From NCBI GenBank assembly GCA_965242865.1, contig CBDETK010000013.1, forward strand, positions 1,856,001 through 1,920,000: a stretch of DNA of 64,000 nt. Direction: 5' to 3'. A program made the translations under genes and the position numbers. Of the stretch, positions 60,136-64,000 are shown piece by piece (positions within the stretch are counted from its first letter, which is position 1; every line of letters begins with the position of its first letter). The stretch is from Candidatus Latescibacterota bacterium. Its GTDB lineage: Bacteria > Latescibacterota > UBA2968 > UBA8231. The notes beneath the pieces were generated by a model. The model worked only from the letters and a program-made list of their open reading frames with translations. It had not been told where the DNA came from and searched no databases.

Positions 60136-63100
60136 CCCCCCTCTCCCTTTCGCTGCGCAACTTTCTCAGCTACGGCGAGGAGGTGCCGCCCTTCGACTTC
60201 ACCCAGTTCCACGTCGCCTGTCTCACCGGCGGCAACGGCCACGGCAAGTCCGCCCTGCTCGACGGGATTACCTACGCCTTATGGGGCCAAGCGCGCAAAA
60301 GCCGCAGCAACGAAGAAGTGTGTCGGATCGGCGCCAAAGAGCTGCGGGTTGCCTTCGACTTCGACCTCGGCGGCAAGCACTTCCGCGTCATCCGCAGTTG
60401 GCGTCGCACCAAGCAGGGCGTCCCAGCCCTAGACCTGCAAGTAGAAAGCGACGGCGTCTTCCGCACCCTCAGCGAAGGCGAGGGCATGAGTCCCACCCAG
60501 CAGCGCATCAACGAACTCCTATCTATGGACTACGACACCTTCGTCAACTCGGCCTTCATCGTCCAAGGACGCGCCGACGAGTTCACCCAGAAAAACGCCA
60601 AGCAACGCAAGGAGGTCCTCGGGCGCATTCTCGGCCTAGAGCGATACGACCAGCTCCAGCGCATGGCTCGGGACCACGCTCAAGAACACCAACGCCAGAC
60701 CGCGACCCTGCAAGCCCGCCTCGGCGAGTTGGAGGAAGAATTGGCCCAGCGCGAAGGCTACGAAGCCGATCGGCGTGCAACCGAACAGGCCCTCGCCCTA
60801 CTCGACCGCGAAATCAGCAGCAGCGAACAGGCGCAAGCCAAGCTGGAGGACCAACGTCTAGAACAGCGGCAGCTCCGCCAGCGCGTCGCCGAGCAGGAGC
60901 GGGCGCAGCAGGTCGCCACCGAGCGGGCGCAGCAGGTCGCCGCCGAGCTCGAAAACCTGCGGCGGCAGCAGCAGCAAGACAGCGCAATCCTAGCGGACGC
61001 CGAAGCCATCGAGCGAGCTTTTGCGACCTATGACCAACTCCGCAGCCAAATCAACCTGCTCGACCAAAAAGCTCAAGCGCACGACGAATTAGAGGCCCGC
61101 CGCGGCCAGCTAGAATCGCGCATCGACCAAGCGCGCCAAGCGTTGGAGCGCCAGCAAGAGCACTGGGCGGCTAGGCTCAGCGAGCGACAGGGGCAGCTCG
61201 CCGATCATCGAGCTTTGCTCAATCGAGAACAAACCATCGCCATCCGCTACGCCCAATTCAAAACCCTCAGCGAGCAGGCCCAAGCCCTAGAGCAGGCCCG
61301 GATTCGCTCCGAGGATCTCCTGCACGAGCGCCGCGGCCTCAAGCACGAACTATCGCTCGCAGAACAGCAGCGCAAAAGCCAACGCCAAGCCCTCGCCCAG
61401 CAACTGGCGCAGAGCAACCGAGCCCTGGCCGAAGCAGAAACCCTAACGGCCCACATCCACCAGTTGCAAGCGCGCCGGACCCAGTTGCAGGCTAAAGCCG
61501 AGGACCGAGACCGCCTCGAGGACAAAGGCCGCGATCTCAATGTCCAGCTCGCCGAGCGGCAGCAGAAGGTCCGCGCCGAAGAGGAAGAACTGACCAACGA
61601 GCGCCAACAGGCTCAGGGCTTGGCCCGGTCCGACGACGCCAATTGCCCGTTGTGCGGCAGCACGCTCGACGCCGAACACCGCCAGCGGGTCGCGGCCGAG
61701 CTGGCGCAGCGGCAAGACCGCCGTCAAAAGCGCATCGCCGCCCTCAACCGCGAGCTGACCGCGCTCGACGCTCAATTGCAAAAGACGCGCACCGAGTACA
61801 AGGCACTCGGCCAAGAAATCGCGCCCCTCCAGCAGGTGCAGCAAAAACTGGCCACCGAAGAGGCTCGGCTCGGGCCGTTGCGGGAATTGGGCGCTGAGGC
61901 CCCGTCGCTAGCGGACCAGCTAGCCGGGCTCGACCGCGCGCTCGAAGAGCAATTATACGCGCCCGACACACGCGAACGCCTGCACAAGCTAGCCGGAGAA
62001 ATCGAGTTGTTGGGGTACAGCAGCACCGAACACGAGGCACTGCGCCAAAAGCTCGCCGAGTTGCGCCCGGTCGAGGCCGAGCACACCCGCTTGCAGGAGG
62101 CCAAAAGCCAAGCCGACCGGCTCCAAAGCGAGCAAGCCGAAGCCCAAAGCCAACTCGAGCGAGCCGAGCACCAGCTCGCCAAAGCCCACTATGCCCGCGA
62201 GGAACGAGAGCAACTCGGCCAAGTCGAGCACCAGCTTGCAGCCCTCGGCTACGACCGCGCCGAGCACCAGCGGTTGCGCCAGCAACAGGATGGCCTGCGC
62301 GACAGCCCGCGCCAAGTCGAGCGCCTGCAAAACGCCCGCGACCGTCACGCTTCAGCCCGAAAATCGCAGGCGCGTTGCGAGGCCGAAGCCGCTGCGCTAG
62401 CGCAACAATTGCAGACCATCAAAGAAGAAACAAAACGGTTACACGAGCGGGCCGGCGAGTTAGACGACATCGATCGGCAGTTGGCGGAAAACCAAGTCCA
62501 ATTGAAAAAGCTGCGGAGCGACAGGGATCAACACCTCCAGCGCCAAGGCCGCCTAGAGGCCCTGTGCCGGCGCTGCGCCGAATTGGCGCAGGAACGGGAC
62601 GCATTGCGCCAAGAGCGGCAAGGGGCCGAGCAACAGGCTTGGATTTACCAACAGCTCGACAAGGCATTCGGCAAAGACGGGATTCAAGCGCTGATCATTG
62701 AAAACGCCGTGCCAGAGATCGCCAAAGAAGCCAACGCCATCCTCGCCCGCCTAACCGACAACCGCATCCAAGTCGCCTTTGAGTCGCTGCGCGACCTCAA
62801 AAAAGGCGGCACCCGCGAAACCCTCGACGTCAAAATTGCCGACGAGATTGGCGAGCGGTCCTATCACCTCTATTCCGGGGGGGAGGCCTTCCGCACCAAC
62901 TTCGCCTTGCGCATCGCGCTCTCCAAGGTGCTGGCCATGCGCTCGGGCACCCGCCTGCACACCCTCTTCATCGACGAAGGCTTCGGCACGCAAGACGAGC
63001 AGGGGCTGGAACAACTCATCGAAGCCATCCAAGAAGTCAGCAAGGATTTCAAAAAGGTGGTGATCGTCACCCACCTCGACCAACTCAAGGCGGCCTTTCC

Positions 63101-63161
63101 GGTGCAAATCGAAGTCACCAAACACCCGGACATCGGCTCGCGTTTTTCTGTACACACTTAG
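60132..63161 (+). CDS. sbcC: SbcC/Rad50 SMC-family ATPase
   Basis: Walker A GGNGHGKS, coiled coil, zinc hook CPLCG, YSGGE, LFIDEGFG; ATGA overlap with sbcD. Confidence 0.95.
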   Translation: MTPLSLSLRNFLSYGEEVPPFDFTQFHVACLTGGNGHGKSALLDGITYALWGQARKSRSNEEVCRIGAKELRVAFDFDLGGKHFRVIRSWRRTKQGVPALDLQVESDGVFRTLSEGEGMSPTQQRINELLSMDYDTFVNSAFIVQGRADEFTQKNAKQRKEVLGRILGLERYDQLQRMARDHAQEHQRQTATLQARLGELEEELAQREGYEADRRATEQALALLDREISSSEQAQAKLEDQRLEQRQLRQRVAEQERAQQVATERAQQVAAELENLRRQQQQDSAILADAEAIERAFATYDQLRSQINLLDQKAQAHDELEARRGQLESRIDQARQALERQQEHWAARLSERQGQLADHRALLNREQTIAIRYAQFKTLSEQAQALEQARIRSEDLLHERRGLKHELSLAEQQRKSQRQALAQQLAQSNRALAEAETLTAHIHQLQARRTQLQAKAEDRDRLEDKGRDLNVQLAERQQKVRAEEEELTNERQQAQGLARSDDANCPLCGSTLDAEHRQRVAAELAQRQDRRQKRIAALNRELTALDAQLQKTRTEYKALGQEIAPLQQVQQKLATEEARLGPLRELGAEAPSLADQLAGLDRALEEQLYAPDTRERLHKLAGEIELLGYSSTEHEALRQKLAELRPVEAEHTRLQEAKSQADRLQSEQAEAQSQLERAEHQLAKAHYAREEREQLGQVEHQLAALGYDRAEHQRLRQQQDGLRDSPRQVERLQNARDRHASARKSQARCEAEAAALAQQLQTIKEETKRLHERAGELDDIDRQLAENQVQLKKLRSDRDQHLQRQGRLEALCRRCAELAQERDALRQERQGAEQQAWIYQQLDKAFGKDGIQALIIENAVPEIAKEANAILARLTDNRIQVAFESLRDLKKGGTRETLDVKIADEIGERSYHLYSGGEAFRTNFALRIALSKVLAMRSGTRLHTLFIDEGFGTQDEQGLEQLIEAIQEVSKDFKKVVIVTHLDQLKAAFPVQIEVTKHPDIGSRFSVHT

Positions 63162-63174
63162 CCCCTAGCCCGTT

Positions 63175-64000
63175 ATGGCCCATTGCGACGAATACCGCGC
63201 CGCCCACGCCGGCGCCGCCCTGCACAACGCCCAAGCCTCGTTCCGCCTGTACATGCGCGGGGCCGACCATCTCGATTTCCTGCACCGCATGACCTCCAAC
63301 GACTTCCACACCCTGCAAATTGGGCACGGCCTCGAAGCGGTCTTTATCGAACACCGGGCGCGAATTCTCGACTTTGCCACCTGCTACCGCGGCCCGGACG
63401 CCACGGCCTTGATCCTGAGTCCCGATTCGCGCACGGCAATCCCCGCTTGGTTGGACCGCTTCATCTTTGCCGAGGCCCTCGAATGGGCAGACCGCACCGA
63501 CGAGACGGCCATGTTCGAGCTCATCGGCCCACGCGCCGCCCAGCTCGTCGCCCGCACCTTGGATACAGACCTGACTGCGTTTGAGGATCACCAATTGCTC
63601 GACCCCCAAGTCGCCGACGGCCTGTGGCTGGCGCGCACGGCCGGGCCGGGGCTGCGCGCCTTCGGGTCGCCCGCGGCCGTGGAGGCCCTTTGGCAACGCC
63701 TCGCCGCGGCCGGGGCGCGTCCAATCGGGGCCGCGACGTGGGAAATTTGGCGCGTCGAACAGGGCCTTCCCCGGCTCGGGCGCGAGCTGACCCAAAGTTA
63801 CAATCCCTGGGAAGCCGGGCTTGGGCGCGCTATTCATCTAGATAAGGGCTGCTATATCGGCCAAGAAGTCATCGCCCGCCTCGATACCTACGACAAAGTC
63901 AAGCAGCATCTCGTGGGGCTGCGGCTTTCCCTCGCCACCGCCGAGTTGCCAGCAATCGGGCAACCGCTGCGCGCCGGCGGGCGCGAAGTCGGGCGCATCA
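63175..64000 (+). CDS. ygfZ: YgfZ/GcvT-family folate-binding protein, 3' end runs off the window
   Basis: Manual translation from ATG 63175 (MAHCDEYRAAH..FLHRMTSND) with signature KGCYIGQEVIARL. Confidence 0.88.
   Translation, partial: MAHCDEYRAAHAGAALHNAQASFRLYMRGADHLDFLHRMTSNDFHTLQIGHGLEAVFIEHRARILDFATCYRGPDATALILSPDSRTAIPAWLDRFIFAEALEWADRTDETAMFELIGPRAAQLVARTLDTDLTAFEDHQLLDPQVADGLWLARTAGPGLRAFGSPAAVEALWQRLAAAGARPIGAATWEIWRVEQGLPRLGRELTQSYNPWEAGLGRAIHLDKGCYIGQEVIARLDTYDKVKQHLVGLRLSLATAELPAIGQPLRAGGREVGRI

Noticed and set aside
58855-63161. Nuclease + SMC ATPase as a possible Wadjet/Lamassu defence system
   Set aside because: Canonical SbcD motifs and Rad50 zinc hook, host-like GC, housekeeping neighbours and no accessory genes: ordinary SbcCD
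63115-63837. 240-aa minus-strand ORF
   Set aside because: Antisense to the ygfZ-like gene, which carries the KGCYIGQE signature

Overview
High-GC, probably diderm bacterial chromosome segment; the rpoB/rpoC/secY style is compatible with an FCB-related lineage such as Latescibacterota or Gemmatimonadota, but that is weak inference. Four zones. (1) 1-7.7 kb, a defence island on the minus strand: a Type III restriction-modification system (mod, plus res running off the window) with an AT-rich two-gene cassette (ABC-type ATPase with DUF3696-like tail + PIN-domain nuclease) nested between mod and res with overlapping start/stop codons; upstream lies a second ABC-type ATPase whose TOPRIM-like partner survives only as an 18-codon stub. 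(2) 7.7-24.3 kb, a MoxR/DUF58/vWA (batABCDE) operon containing a GldA/GldF/GldG/DUF4340 ABC module whose GldG is internally duplicated. (3) 24.3-29.3 kb, an LppC-like protein, an atypical ClpX-like ATPase and a sigma54 activator with a degenerate receiver domain. (4) 29.3-58.0 kb, a contiguous ribosomal/RNAP super-operon (tRNA-Gly, Thr, rpmG, tRNA-Trp, secE, nusG, rplKAJL, rpoBC, rpsLG, fusA, tuf, S10, spc, alpha) that lacks rplC, adk, map and infA; then greA, sbcDC and a truncated ygfZ-like gene. Best candidate for an undescribed system: the ATPase+PIN cassette inside the Type III RM operon. All calls rest on motif reading by eye; no database searches were run.
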